Shown here one piece after another: positions 39,444-49,386 of a stretch of 64,000 bases of DNA. The notes under the pieces are model-generated. The model saw only the letters and a list, made by a program, of their open reading frames with translations, was not told where the DNA came from and did no database searches. Source of the DNA: Promethearchaeota archaeon (lineage in GTDB: Archaea; Asgardarchaeota; Hermodarchaeia; Hermodarchaeales; Hermodarchaeaceae); contig JBHLPH010000001.1 of NCBI GenBank assembly GCA_048939625.1, positions 96,001-160,000 on the forward strand, given 5' to 3'. Numbering within the stretch: position 1 is the stretch's first letter; the number at the start of each line of letters is the position of its first letter. The position numbers and the translations under genes were made by a program.

Positions 39444-40028
39444 ATGATTATGTTGGCGTCTCACCAATCTGTTGCCGAAGTGTTTGATGCAATCGAAAAT
39501 AAAACTGACCATATCGCAGAACTTCTCTGTGAGCTAATTCGAGTTCCAACCGTGGTCCCACCTGGTGATAATTATGAAGATTTCGTAAATCTTGTGGAAC
39601 CCATATTCCAAGATTTGGGATGCACGACGGAACGAGTGATTATTCCTGAAGAAGATATTGAAGATGTTGCTCGAGAAATTCGGGAAGCCATTGACAGGGG
39701 CAAAGCTCAGAGTAAGGCAATTGATGTTGAAGTCGAGGAAATGCGAAACTACCCTGCCTTCAAAACTAAACTTAATAGCCCCTATTTGAAGAAAATGGCT
39801 GAGGCACTCAAGGTCGTTCACAGATACAAAGACAGCGATATCTTAATTGTTGGCATTTCAGGTTCAACGGATATGGGATATGTTGAACAGGTTATTGACT
39901 CGATTGACATCATTGGTCTCGGCGCCCTCAGCTTTGACGCTATTACAGCTCATACTGCGGACGAATATGTCCAGATTTCAGCTCTTGTGAATATGACCAA
40001 GCAGCTCGCCTACTACTTAACCTTCTAG
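39444..40028 (+). pseudogene. M20 (ArgE/DapE-like) peptidase with a large in-frame internal deletion
   Basis: N-terminal ELIRVPTVVPPG joined via IPEE to C-terminal GSTDM...AHTADE; HxD, D and EE metal ligands absent. Confidence 0.6.
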
Positions 40029-40052
40029 AAATCTACGGCGGATTTGCGTTTT

Positions 40053-40439
40053 TTATAACAACCAAGTGAACACTAGCGGAATTATCATCAAGATTAGAAT
40101 AGACGAATTCAACACGACTTTGATTATTACGCCAAACCACAAGGAAATACCAGTTTCTAGCAAGACCCAGAGAATGACGCTTACGAAGACACAATACCAA
40201 GCCCACTGCTGCTTCTGCCCAAAGGCGAACCATGCAATGAATAACATTGTAATCCCCCATCCCATCACTGTGGCACCCCAGGCTCCATAGATCCAAGCTT
40301 GAAACGCCTGAGTAGGAGCGGGAACTGGATTAGATCCCCAGAACACCGGATTAATTTGGGCATTGAAGAAGACAAATATGATTATTGTATTGAGGAGTGC
40401 CATGACAGATCCAAAGATGATGATGAATATACTCACCAC
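40053..40439 (-). CDS. Hypothetical membrane protein (about 4 TM)
   Basis: Hydrophobic segments. Confidence 0.6.
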   Translation of the reverse strand: MVSIFIIIFGSVMALLNTIIIFVFFNAQINPVFWGSNPVPAPTQAFQAWIYGAWGATVMGWGITMLFIAWFAFGQKQQWAWYCVFVSVILWVLLETGISLWFGVIIKVVLNSSILILMIIPLVFTWLL

Positions 40440-40560
40440 GATTAACCAATAATGCTAGATTCGATAGTATGACATAATCCAAAACCTCTTGTGCACCTAT
40501 TCGTTTGTGAGGTGTTATAAGTGTGAATTCAAATGACACCTCCAATAGATGTGACAGACG

Positions 40561-41280
40561 ATGAAGATTTTAGCGCTCAATAGCAGCCCAAGAAAAGCAC
40601 GTGGCGGAACCGCCCTTATCCTGAATAACTTCCTAGAAGGTGCCAAGGAGGCGGGTGCCAAAATCGATTTAATCTATGTTCATGACCTTAAGATAAAACC
40701 CTGTCTCGGGTGTTTCAATTGCTGGATCAAAACACCAGGCATCTGTGTCCAAAAGGATGACATGAAAGAGGTGCTTGACAAGTGGTTAAGCAGTGATGCC
40801 CTTGTCCTTGCCACCCCAATATACGTTGATGGGATGACCAGCACCCTGAAAGCCTTGCTGGACCGGTCGATCCCCCGCGTGCAACCTTTCTTTGAAATTC
40901 GCGACGATCACTGCCGTCACCCACCACGACTCGGAAAGAAGCCAATGAAGGTAGCCTTAGTCTCAGTCTCGGGATTCACCGAGTTAGATAATTTTATTCC
41001 ACTTGTCACACACGTTCAAGCCTTTTGTAAGAACTTAAATGGAAATTATGCTGGAGCGCTTCTACGACCGTTGGGGGCGCAATTACAGATGTTCAAGCAA
41101 ATTGGGCTCCCTGTTGATGATATCTTTGATGCAATGAAGCAAGCAGGCAAAGAATTCGTCAAACAAGACCAAATTAGTTCCAAAACGCAAGAAATTATTA
41201 GCCGTGAAATCGTTCCTCGAAGCGAATACATTAAACGGCTGAATCAAGGATTTCAACAGCAACTTGACGCTATTAAATAA
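40561..41280 (+). CDS. Flavodoxin family / iron-sulfur flavoprotein-like
   Basis: NSSPRK, CLGCFNCW...C and ATPIY motifs. Confidence 0.85.
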   Translation: MKILALNSSPRKARGGTALILNNFLEGAKEAGAKIDLIYVHDLKIKPCLGCFNCWIKTPGICVQKDDMKEVLDKWLSSDALVLATPIYVDGMTSTLKALLDRSIPRVQPFFEIRDDHCRHPPRLGKKPMKVALVSVSGFTELDNFIPLVTHVQAFCKNLNGNYAGALLRPLGAQLQMFKQIGLPVDDIFDAMKQAGKEFVKQDQISSKTQEIISREIVPRSEYIKRLNQGFQQQLDAIK

Positions 41281-41300
41281 TTCCAGCTACACGCTGAATC

Positions 41301-41981
41301 TTATTCGTCCTCAGAGCTAGCGTCTTTCTTCCGTCGTACACGAGGGAATAGCCGTCCCGTTTGTTCCATATACTCTCGATAACGATCACCAAACTGTTCT
41401 ATCATCATTTCTTCTTCTACGCGCATTCGAGAGGCTATAACTAAAAGTCCAAACAAGACGATAACCAGAAGAATAAGATTCAGCGTTATTAGGAATAACC
41501 CAATGTTGAAGATAAAATAGACCAAGTACATTGGATGCCGGATGTATGTGTAGGGACCACTGGTCACCATGGTGTGACCTTCTTTGATTTCCAATGTGCC
41601 AGAAACTTGTCGGTCCAGATGAATCCCCACCCATGTCATTCCCAATATCATCGCAATGCAAATGGCGACACCAATCCATCGAACCACTGGCAGATTCACC
41701 AAGATAATTTGAGTATAAGCTGGAATTAAAATGGGAAATAGGCTCCAAATTAAAACAAAGACAATCATCGTGTATACTAACACAATTCGAAGGATAACCA
41801 AGATCTTACTTTCATATCTGACCTGATCGGCCCATCGTTTTTGGCGTGTTCGTTTTTGTCCTTCAGGCTGGGCTTTGCGTCCATAATATCCACGGATTCC
41901 CATGAAAATTAAGAAAAGAAAGAGTCCACTGAGTCGAAAGATTAACTCTTCTGCCATTAGTTGATATCTCCATTTGGACAT
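41301..41981 (-). CDS. Isoprenylcysteine carboxylmethyltransferase family protein
   Basis: VTSGPYTYIRHPMY and EEEMMIEQFGDRYREY motifs. Confidence 0.85.
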   Translation of the reverse strand: MSKWRYQLMAEELIFRLSGLFLFLIFMGIRGYYGRKAQPEGQKRTRQKRWADQVRYESKILVILRIVLVYTMIVFVLIWSLFPILIPAYTQIILVNLPVVRWIGVAICIAMILGMTWVGIHLDRQVSGTLEIKEGHTMVTSGPYTYIRHPMYLVYFIFNIGLFLITLNLILLVIVLFGLLVIASRMRVEEEMMIEQFGDRYREYMEQTGRLFPRVRRKKDASSEDE

Positions 41982-42114
41982 CTGAAATACAGGCTTAAAT
42001 AGAGTTGTACTTGTCCCCGTTACTCCTTCGAACAGAAGGTTATGGATTAGAGAAAATCACTTATAGACTCCAACAATAAAGCTCCGGTAGAAATGAGGTT
42101 CAGGAAGGAAATCA

Positions 42115-43779
42115 ATGAAGCGTGAACCGATTCGAGCCTTCCGAGGCACTAAGCTGCATTGCAAGAACTGGCAAATTGAAGCCATCCTCCGCATGCTCCA
42201 AAACAATTTGGACCCGGATGTTGCCAAGGATTGGCAGAGACTTATTGTGTATGGAGGAACTGGACAGGCAGCACGGAACTGGGAAGCTTTTGATAAAATT
42301 GTTGAAACCCTATTAGCTTTAGAACCAGATGAAACCATGCTAATTCAATCCGGAAAACCTGTAGCAGTATTTAAGACCCATACAGATGCGCCTCGTGCCC
42401 TGATTGCCAATTCCTTGATTGTTCCGTTTTGGGCTACAGAAGAAAACTTCCACACACTATACAAGAAAGGCTTGACGATGTTCGGTCAAATGACAGCGGG
42501 TTCATGGATTTACATCGCCACGCAAGGCATTCTCCAGGGAACTTTTGAAACCTTTGCAGCAGTTGCTGACAGGCATTTCAATGGGACCTTGAAAGGGAAA
42601 CTCACCCTCACTGGGGGCGTTGGTGCCATGGGTGGAGCACAACCATTGGCAGTCACTTTCAACGAAGGTGTCGTTATCGCTGTTGATATTGACGAAAACG
42701 CAATCGAGAAGCGAATGCGCGCAGGATATTGTGAACTCAAAACAGATAGTCTTGACGAAGCTCTTGCCCTCGCCAACGAAGCTTTAGAAAAGCAAATACC
42801 ACGGTCTATTGGTCTGATTGGAAACACAGCTGAAACACATCCCGAGATAGTGAACCGAGGAATCAAAGTGGATGTAGTGACTGACCAGACTTCAGCCCAT
42901 GATCCATTAACCGGATACTACCCAGCAGGTTACAGCAAAGAGGAAGCCGACCAACTTCGGGAAAAGGACCCTGAGGAGTATATCCGCCATTCGAAAGAAT
43001 CAATGCTACACCACGTGAAAGCTATTCTGCAATTACAGAAAAAGGGTACAGTAGCTTTTGATTACGGGAATAATCTGCGACAACATACAAGCTCAATTGC
43101 CTGGAATGAAAAAGAGAATCGATGGAAGTATCCTGGATTCGTAGAAGCCTATGTACGACCCCTATTCTGTGAAGGACGGGGACCATTCCGGTGGGTGGCT
43201 TTATCTGGGAAACCTGAGGATATCTACAGAACTGACCAACTTGTTCTCGACCTATTTCCTGATAACTATATCCTGAAACGCTGGATTACACTCGCGCATG
43301 AAAAAGTCCAGTTTGAAGGCTTACCGGCGCGAGTCTGTTGGCTGGGATATGGTGAACGGGCAAAGTTTGGCAAAGCCTTGAACGACTTGGTGGCAGAAGG
43401 TGAATTGAAAGCCCCCATTGTGATTGGTCGTGATCACCTAGATGCAGGTTCGGTAGCTTCTCCAAATCGAGAAACGGAAGGGATGCGGGACGGAAGCGAC
43501 GCTATTGCCGATTGGCCAGTGCTCAATGTCTTGATTAACGCAGTGGCAGGAGCAACCTGGGTTTCCCTTCACCAAGGTGGCGGAGTGGGCATTCCTTATG
43601 CAATCTCTGCTGGTCAAGTTTCTGTCGCAGATGGAACACCCGAGGCTGAACAACGATTGGGGCGAGTGTTGACCACAGATCCAGGTATGGGAGTTGCTCG
43701 TCACGCAGATGCAGGCTATCCTAAAGCGATCAAATTCGCAAAAGAACACGCCATCAAAATTCCATTTCTCAATAAGTAA
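42115..43779 (+). CDS. hutU: Urocanate hydratase
   Basis: [24 protein letters not shown] and GRDHLD motifs. Confidence 0.95.
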   Translation: MKREPIRAFRGTKLHCKNWQIEAILRMLQNNLDPDVAKDWQRLIVYGGTGQAARNWEAFDKIVETLLALEPDETMLIQSGKPVAVFKTHTDAPRALIANSLIVPFWATEENFHTLYKKGLTMFGQMTAGSWIYIATQGILQGTFETFAAVADRHFNGTLKGKLTLTGGVGAMGGAQPLAVTFNEGVVIAVDIDENAIEKRMRAGYCELKTDSLDEALALANEALEKQIPRSIGLIGNTAETHPEIVNRGIKVDVVTDQTSAHDPLTGYYPAGYSKEEADQLREKDPEEYIRHSKESMLHHVKAILQLQKKGTVAFDYGNNLRQHTSSIAWNEKENRWKYPGFVEAYVRPLFCEGRGPFRWVALSGKPEDIYRTDQLVLDLFPDNYILKRWITLAHEKVQFEGLPARVCWLGYGERAKFGKALNDLVAEGELKAPIVIGRDHLDAGSVASPNRETEGMRDGSDAIADWPVLNVLINAVAGATWVSLHQGGGVGIPYAISAGQVSVADGTPEAEQRLGRVLTTDPGMGVARHADAGYPKAIKFAKEHAIKIPFLNK

Positions 43780-43794
43780 CGTAGGTGAAGAAAG

Positions 43795-44739
43795 TTGAAA
43801 CAAATCGTAGAATGTGTACCCAATTTCAGTGTCGGCGATGACCCCAAGACTATCGAAGCCATCGTCGATGCTATTAAGAAGACTAAGGGTGTTCAGCTCC
43901 TCGATTTTGAACATGATACAGCATACAACCGACTTGTGGTAACTTACTTTGGTGAACCACATGCCTGCAAATCCGCCATGCTCAATGCCGGTAGAGTAGC
44001 AGTTGAACGCCTAGATATGCGGAAACACAAGGGACAACACCCACGGATTGGTGTATTAGATGTTGCCCCATTTGTCCCCATCAAGAATATCACTATCGAC
44101 GAATGTATCCAACTCTCCAAAGCGTTCGCCAAAGCCTTTGCCGAAGAACATCAGGTTCCAGTTTATTTATACGGCGAAGCAGCAGAAACGCCTGAGAAAG
44201 GCGATGTCGATTGGATTCGTAAAGGTGAGTGGGAAGCCCTTGAAACGAACATGCAAGATCCGGAAAGACGCCCTACTTTTGGTCCCAGTAAACCACATCC
44301 AAGTGCTGGTGCGACAATGACTGGCGCCCGTGAGGTAATGGTGGGTCTTAACATTAATTTGGGAACCACCGATTTACGCATTGCCAAAGCCGTTGCGAAA
44401 GCAATTCACAAAAAGAAAGGGGGACTTGTTCGAATCAAAGCCATGGGATGTGCTTGGGAGGAGCGGGGAATAACGCAAATCGGCATCACAAACACAGACT
44501 TTCGAAAATCTCCTCTTTATCGACAATTCGAGTTAGTTAAAATTGAAGCCGCCCGTTACGGGGTCAATGTAGTAGGTGCAGAATTCTGTGGGCTGGTTCC
44601 CATTGAAGCCCTCGTCGACGTCGCCAACTACTATCTTCGTCTTGAAGGATTCGAGATGAAAGATATCCTTGAGATTGCCATTGACCAGAAGCTTGCACAA
44701 GCTGACCCTAACTACTCCAGCATCCTCTCAAAAGACTAG
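43795..44739 (+). CDS. ftcd: Glutamate formimidoyltransferase
   Basis: IVECVPNFS, HKGQHPRIG and PHPSAGA motifs; between hutU and hutI. Confidence 0.9.
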   Translation: MKQIVECVPNFSVGDDPKTIEAIVDAIKKTKGVQLLDFEHDTAYNRLVVTYFGEPHACKSAMLNAGRVAVERLDMRKHKGQHPRIGVLDVAPFVPIKNITIDECIQLSKAFAKAFAEEHQVPVYLYGEAAETPEKGDVDWIRKGEWEALETNMQDPERRPTFGPSKPHPSAGATMTGAREVMVGLNINLGTTDLRIAKAVAKAIHKKKGGLVRIKAMGCAWEERGITQIGITNTDFRKSPLYRQFELVKIEAARYGVNVVGAEFCGLVPIEALVDVANYYLRLEGFEMKDILEIAIDQKLAQADPNYSSILSKD

Positions 44740-44788
44740 TACTTGAAAGACCAGGAATCTGTTGATTTATTAGGTTCCAACACCTTCA

Positions 44789-46072
44789 ATGGTAATAATG
44801 GAACGCCTGGATCTTGACATGGTAATCCTGAACGCCTCCGAACTCCTTACATTACAAGGAGCCAGCCATACACCCAAACTAGGCGAAGACCTCAACGAGC
44901 TTGGCATCATAAATAACGGAGCCATAGCCATCCGTGAAAATCAAATTGTTGCAGTAGATTCTACCAAAAATATCAAGCGCTTAGTGAAGCCTGGAAGTCG
45001 TCCACAAATCATTGACGCCAAAAATCAAACCGTAATGCCTGGTCTTATCGATCCCCATACTCACTTAGCCTTTGCTGGGAGTCGAGAACAGGAATTTGTC
45101 CAAAAAATCCAAGGCAGATCATATATGGAAATTCTTGAATCCGGTGGAGGAATCAATGTCACTGTGAACGCAACCCGAAAAGCGAGTAAGAACACGCTTG
45201 TTCGCATAGGAAAACCAACTTTAACACGAATGCTTGAGTATGGTACAACCACCGTTGAAGGAAAATCAGGTTACGGATTAGACCCCAAGCATGAACTGAA
45301 ACAACTTTTAGCGATGCGAGACTTGAATCTCATTCACCACATCGAGATTGTTCCAACATTCATGGGAGCCCATGTCATTCCCTCAAAATACAAGGGCGAC
45401 CCAGACAAATACGTGACCCTTATCATCGAGAAGATGATCCCCTCAGTTGCCAGAAAAGGCCTAGCAGAATTCTGTGATGTCTTTGCTGAAACAGGCGTCT
45501 TTGACATTGACCAGTCACGCCGCATTTTACTAGCCGGAAAGGAACATGGCCTTATTCCGAAAGTGCACGCAGATGAAATGACTACGCTTGGAGGAGCGGA
45601 ACTAGCTGCTGAAGTGGAAGCAGCATCTGCAGATCATTTATTGAAGGTATCGAAAAACGGCATTAAACAACTAGCCAAAAAACAGGTTGTAGCAGTCCTT
45701 CTGCCAGCGACAGCTCTAGTGTTAATGGAAAAAGAGTACGCGCCTGCTCGTGAATTGATCAATTCAGATGTTCCGATAGCATTAGCTACAGATTATAATC
45801 CGAATTGTATGACCGAATCGATGCAACTCGTCATGACACTGGCCTGTTTAAACATGCGTATGACGCCGGCAGAAGCAATTTCAGCAGCGACTATAAACGC
45901 TGCTCACGCCATTAAACGCTCACATCTCGTGGGGAGTCTGGAACCGAATAAACAGGCTGATGTTGTCATCATGGATGTTCCGAATCATGCCCACATCCCC
46001 TATCATTTTGGCGTAAATCTCGTCGATAAGGTGATAAAAGCAGGAAAACTTGTCTTTTCTGCACAGTTGTAA
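44789..46072 (+). CDS. hutI: Imidazolonepropionase
   Basis: DPHTH, GKSGYGL, HADE, ADHL and ATDYNP motifs. Confidence 0.93.
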   Translation: MVIMERLDLDMVILNASELLTLQGASHTPKLGEDLNELGIINNGAIAIRENQIVAVDSTKNIKRLVKPGSRPQIIDAKNQTVMPGLIDPHTHLAFAGSREQEFVQKIQGRSYMEILESGGGINVTVNATRKASKNTLVRIGKPTLTRMLEYGTTTVEGKSGYGLDPKHELKQLLAMRDLNLIHHIEIVPTFMGAHVIPSKYKGDPDKYVTLIIEKMIPSVARKGLAEFCDVFAETGVFDIDQSRRILLAGKEHGLIPKVHADEMTTLGGAELAAEVEAASADHLLKVSKNGIKQLAKKQVVAVLLPATALVLMEKEYAPARELINSDVPIALATDYNPNCMTESMQLVMTLACLNMRMTPAEAISAATINAAHAIKRSHLVGSLEPNKQADVVIMDVPNHAHIPYHFGVNLVDKVIKAGKLVFSAQL

Positions 46073-46210
46073 GTATAACGTTTTAGTCGGCTTTTTTGTT
46101 AACTAATTAAACGAAAATAGGAATAACCATAGTAAAATTAACATTTTTCCATGATTAGAACAATCCATTAGGCTTTATTAACAGACTTACCTTATATTCT
46201 CCTGAGGTAC

Positions 46211-46315
46211 GGGCATTATTTGTTCTAGGCCGTTAATGCCCCAGCGCGGATATCAGTGGAGGTAAGCTGCCTCAAGTGGAGTAGGGAGGAGGCTAGCTGT
46301 CACCATAATCTCCAC
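46211..46315 (+). promoter_or_regulatory. Structured 5' leader with two hairpins
   Basis: GGGCATTA/TAATGCCC; GTGGAGGT/ATCTCCAC enclosing GCCTC/GAGGC. Confidence 0.35.
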
Positions 46316-46349
46316 AGAAAAATAAACCCAGAATTAACGGACGAAATGA

Positions 46350-46874
46350 ATGAAATCAAATGATAAACAATTAATGCTCGTAATCTCTGCTATAGCTGCA
46401 GCTTTTATTATTATTACACTTACAACCAGCACTCAACCAGTTGTTGAAGGATGTTATGATTCTCCACCCGCAAGATCATTATCCAAATACTTCTTCTATG
46501 ACTACCTGGATCCAGAAGTCCTCGACGGCTTCCTAGACTGTCCATTAGCCTACAACATTGTAGGGCTTCCAGTCAACATTACCTGGTGGTCTTATGGTTG
46601 GACTCATAGTTACTTCCTTGGCACCTTCTATACTGATCACAATGGCCTAATCTACTTGAATGATATTCCACGCGGTTGGTATGTCATCGAGTATATGTGG
46701 AACGGCGAGAAATTCACGGAGGAACTGGAAGTCGGGTGCTGCATGAGAGACTGGACCTATCGAAATGAGTTGGATGCGAAAGGTGGAGATTCAAATAATT
46801 TCCTGAGGTGGGGACAAGAATTTTCTATTAATTGTCCTCATCTCAATTTCTTACCTCATTTTCAGCTCCCTTAA
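46350..46874 (+). CDS. Hypothetical secreted or membrane-anchored protein, prealbumin/Ig-like beta domain
   Basis: N-terminal hydrophobic segment; YTDHNG...DIPRGWYVIE. Confidence 0.6.
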   Translation: MKSNDKQLMLVISAIAAAFIIITLTTSTQPVVEGCYDSPPARSLSKYFFYDYLDPEVLDGFLDCPLAYNIVGLPVNITWWSYGWTHSYFLGTFYTDHNGLIYLNDIPRGWYVIEYMWNGEKFTEELEVGCCMRDWTYRNELDAKGGDSNNFLRWGQEFSINCPHLNFLPHFQLP

Positions 46875-46919
46875 CCACTTCGTGAGAAAAAGTTGGAATG
46901 AATAATTCCGTTACCTTCG

Positions 46920-47351
46920 TTAGTGGGCAAGCAATACTCGTGAACCAGTCCCCGTCAGATAAGCCCCATTTTCTCGAAAAGCTGAGATTTCATATTGCAA
47001 TCGAAAATCAGGGTCTCGCGTTAATGTCAAATGCGGACGGAACAAGATTTTAAATTTCATGCTTGCTTCTTGGTTCTTCATTATCAGACGTTCATCGGAG
47101 ATTTCTCGTTTGGGTTGAATTTGCTTGATTGAGGTACTTCGTACGACTCGTCGAGTTAAAGTTTCAAAATAAACCGAAGGAGTCAAAGAGCGAGCAATAA
47201 CTTTCAGATTCAGAGTCGAATCAGTTGTGTTTTTAATTTGAAAAGTTAGGTTTCCCATAGTAGATCGCTTTGATGAAAGTCTTAGGTTTTTGGGGAGATG
47301 TATGGTCCAGTGAATGAAGCCATCCTCCGTTTGCCACCAAGTTTGGGTCAT
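46920..47351 (-). CDS. Hypothetical protein
   Basis: SD AGGTGG; beta-rich basic 143-aa ORF. Confidence 0.6.
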   Translation of the reverse strand: MTQTWWQTEDGFIHWTIHLPKNLRLSSKRSTMGNLTFQIKNTTDSTLNLKVIARSLTPSVYFETLTRRVVRSTSIKQIQPKREISDERLIMKNQEASMKFKILFRPHLTLTRDPDFRLQYEISAFRENGAYLTGTGSRVLLAH

Positions 47352-47410
47352 TCCCGGCCACCTAATGGAAGAAAATTCAAGTCGATCTGATTGGATACAC
47401 TGAGTTATTG

Positions 47411-49264
47411 TTAGTATTCGAAGGCGCGTATTGTTTTCTTAATGGGTTCAATGATTTGACCTCGATGTACAAGTTGCCAGATTTGGTTGATGTCCCTGTG
47501 AAGCAAATAATCTTGAGATAATTTATCAATTTGGGTTGACTGGTCTTTGATATATCTAGAAACAACCTCACGAACCACATCATAAGCTAGTTGTGAGCCG
47601 TCTCCTAAGATTATAGTTTTTGATAATCGGCGTATATCGACTCCTTGAGCTGCACAGAGAATTTCAATAGCGATGATGTGTTCCACATTTAGGAGGATTT
47701 CCTGAGTTTGGCGAGCAGCTATAGTGCCCATGCTTACATGATCTTCCTGATTGGCTCCTGTGGGAATGGAACGAATACTTGAAGGGGTGGCTAAAGTCTG
47801 GCATTCGGCGACTAGAGCAGCAGCCGTAATTTGTGCCAGTCCAAGACCAAAATGCACTCCTTGATCAGCAAGCGTAGGATGAATAAGTAGGAGAGGCAAG
47901 CCATTGCTAAGTTTATCATCAATTAAGCGGGCAATTCGACGTTCCGCAATGCTTCCGATACTGGTTAAGGCAATTCCGAGAAAATCCATAACCGCTGCAA
48001 TAGGTTGCCCATGAAAGTTACCTCCTGAAATAAAAATTTTCGATTGAGGGAAGATCAAGGGATTGTCTGTTGCCGAATTTATTTCAATAGCCACAATTTG
48101 CTCAGCGTAATCTAACGCATCTCTGGCAACGCCTATGACTTGTGGGGTACAACGAATTGAATACGCATCTTGAACACGCCTAATTTGAGTAGCAGCAACA
48201 AGGGCGGCTTCAAACGCGTCATCCGAGATCCCTAATGCCTCGAGATGAGTCTGGATGCTTTTACGTTTCTTCTTCAGCAGCTTTGCTGATTCTGTTGGTT
48301 CAACCACGATTTGGGCATCCAAAGAAATTACTGCGTCAATGCTTTGTTCAAGTATAGTTTTAATGGTTTCAGGATCTTTTCCAGACGGAACTTTGAGCGT
48401 GGTGTGAAACTTCTCTATCGCTTTATTAGCTAAATGGGCTCGTTTTCGTGAAGTCACCACTTGTTGGCTACCCATTAGAAGAGCAGTAAGATTGCTGGCA
48501 GATTGACATTGACCAGGGTGAGGCCGGATTTGATGGATCCTAGGATCAAAGGCGTCTAAAACAGCTTCGAGTGCTTCCATTGAGAGAGCGGCAGCAGCTT
48601 CTGCGGATGCAATAAGATTGCGGGCGTCTGCAATTGCTAGAGCAGCAATCGCGGTCATAATCTGTGTTCCATTTATGAGTGCAATACCTTCCTTTGGTCC
48701 AAGTTCAATAGCTTTTAACTTCGCCTGTTTTAGAGCTTCTGCGCCTGAGAGGACTTTACCACCGGATTCAGCTTCCCCCTCGCCGATGAGCACGAGAACC
48801 ATATGTGAAAGAGGAGCTAAATCACCACTGGCTCCCACTGAGCCTTTCTCAGGTATAATCGGATGTATCCTCTTATTAAGGAGAGCAATTAGAAGCTGAA
48901 GCGTTGTCAATCGAATACCTGAGTGACCCTTAGCCAAAGTATTCGCTCGTAAAAGCATTGCCGCTCGAACGACCTCGGTGGGTAAAGGTTTTCCCACCCC
49001 AGCTGCGTGGCTAATAATTAGATTACGCTGTAATATACGAGCCTTATCCTCTGAGACGATAACCTCACTAAAGGGACCGAATCCGGTTGTGACTCCGTAA
49101 ATTACCTCACCTAAATCTATCCATCTCTGAATGAGCTTCGCAGCGTCTTTAACCTTCTTTTCGGCTGCAGGGGCTAATTTCACTTTTGCTCCATGACGGG
49201 CAACAGCTACTACTTCGTCAATCGTTAGTGAGTTCCCGTTAATCACGATTTGTCCGGCGCTCAT
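47411..49264 (-). CDS. hutH: Histidine ammonia-lyase with an internal insertion
   Basis: YGVTTGFG, specificity SH (LIISHA), MIO-forming GASGDL, VQDAYSIRC, GGNFHG and NQEDHVSMG motifs. Confidence 0.92.
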   Translation of the reverse strand: MSAGQIVINGNSLTIDEVVAVARHGAKVKLAPAAEKKVKDAAKLIQRWIDLGEVIYGVTTGFGPFSEVIVSEDKARILQRNLIISHAAGVGKPLPTEVVRAAMLLRANTLAKGHSGIRLTTLQLLIALLNKRIHPIIPEKGSVGASGDLAPLSHMVLVLIGEGEAESGGKVLSGAEALKQAKLKAIELGPKEGIALINGTQIMTAIAALAIADARNLIASAEAAAALSMEALEAVLDAFDPRIHQIRPHPGQCQSASNLTALLMGSQQVVTSRKRAHLANKAIEKFHTTLKVPSGKDPETIKTILEQSIDAVISLDAQIVVEPTESAKLLKKKRKSIQTHLEALGISDDAFEAALVAATQIRRVQDAYSIRCTPQVIGVARDALDYAEQIVAIEINSATDNPLIFPQSKIFISGGNFHGQPIAAVMDFLGIALTSIGSIAERRIARLIDDKLSNGLPLLLIHPTLADQGVHFGLGLAQITAAALVAECQTLATPSSIRSIPTGANQEDHVSMGTIAARQTQEILLNVEHIIAIEILCAAQGVDIRRLSKTIILGDGSQLAYDVVREVVSRYIKDQSTQIDKLSQDYLLHRDINQIWQLVHRGQIIEPIKKTIRAFEY

Positions 49265-49386
49265 TTCTTTCACCAGTTTTCTATCCTGATTGCCTACAAC
49301 ACCTAGACTAAAAAAGATTCATCTATTACTGGCAATCTGCCGAGATGATATTGAAACGTCTTTGAAGCACTAAAGGATCGAGGAAG

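Noticed and set aside
48181-48460. Intein in hutH
   Set aside because: No Cys/Ser start with His-Asn end and no endonuclease motifs
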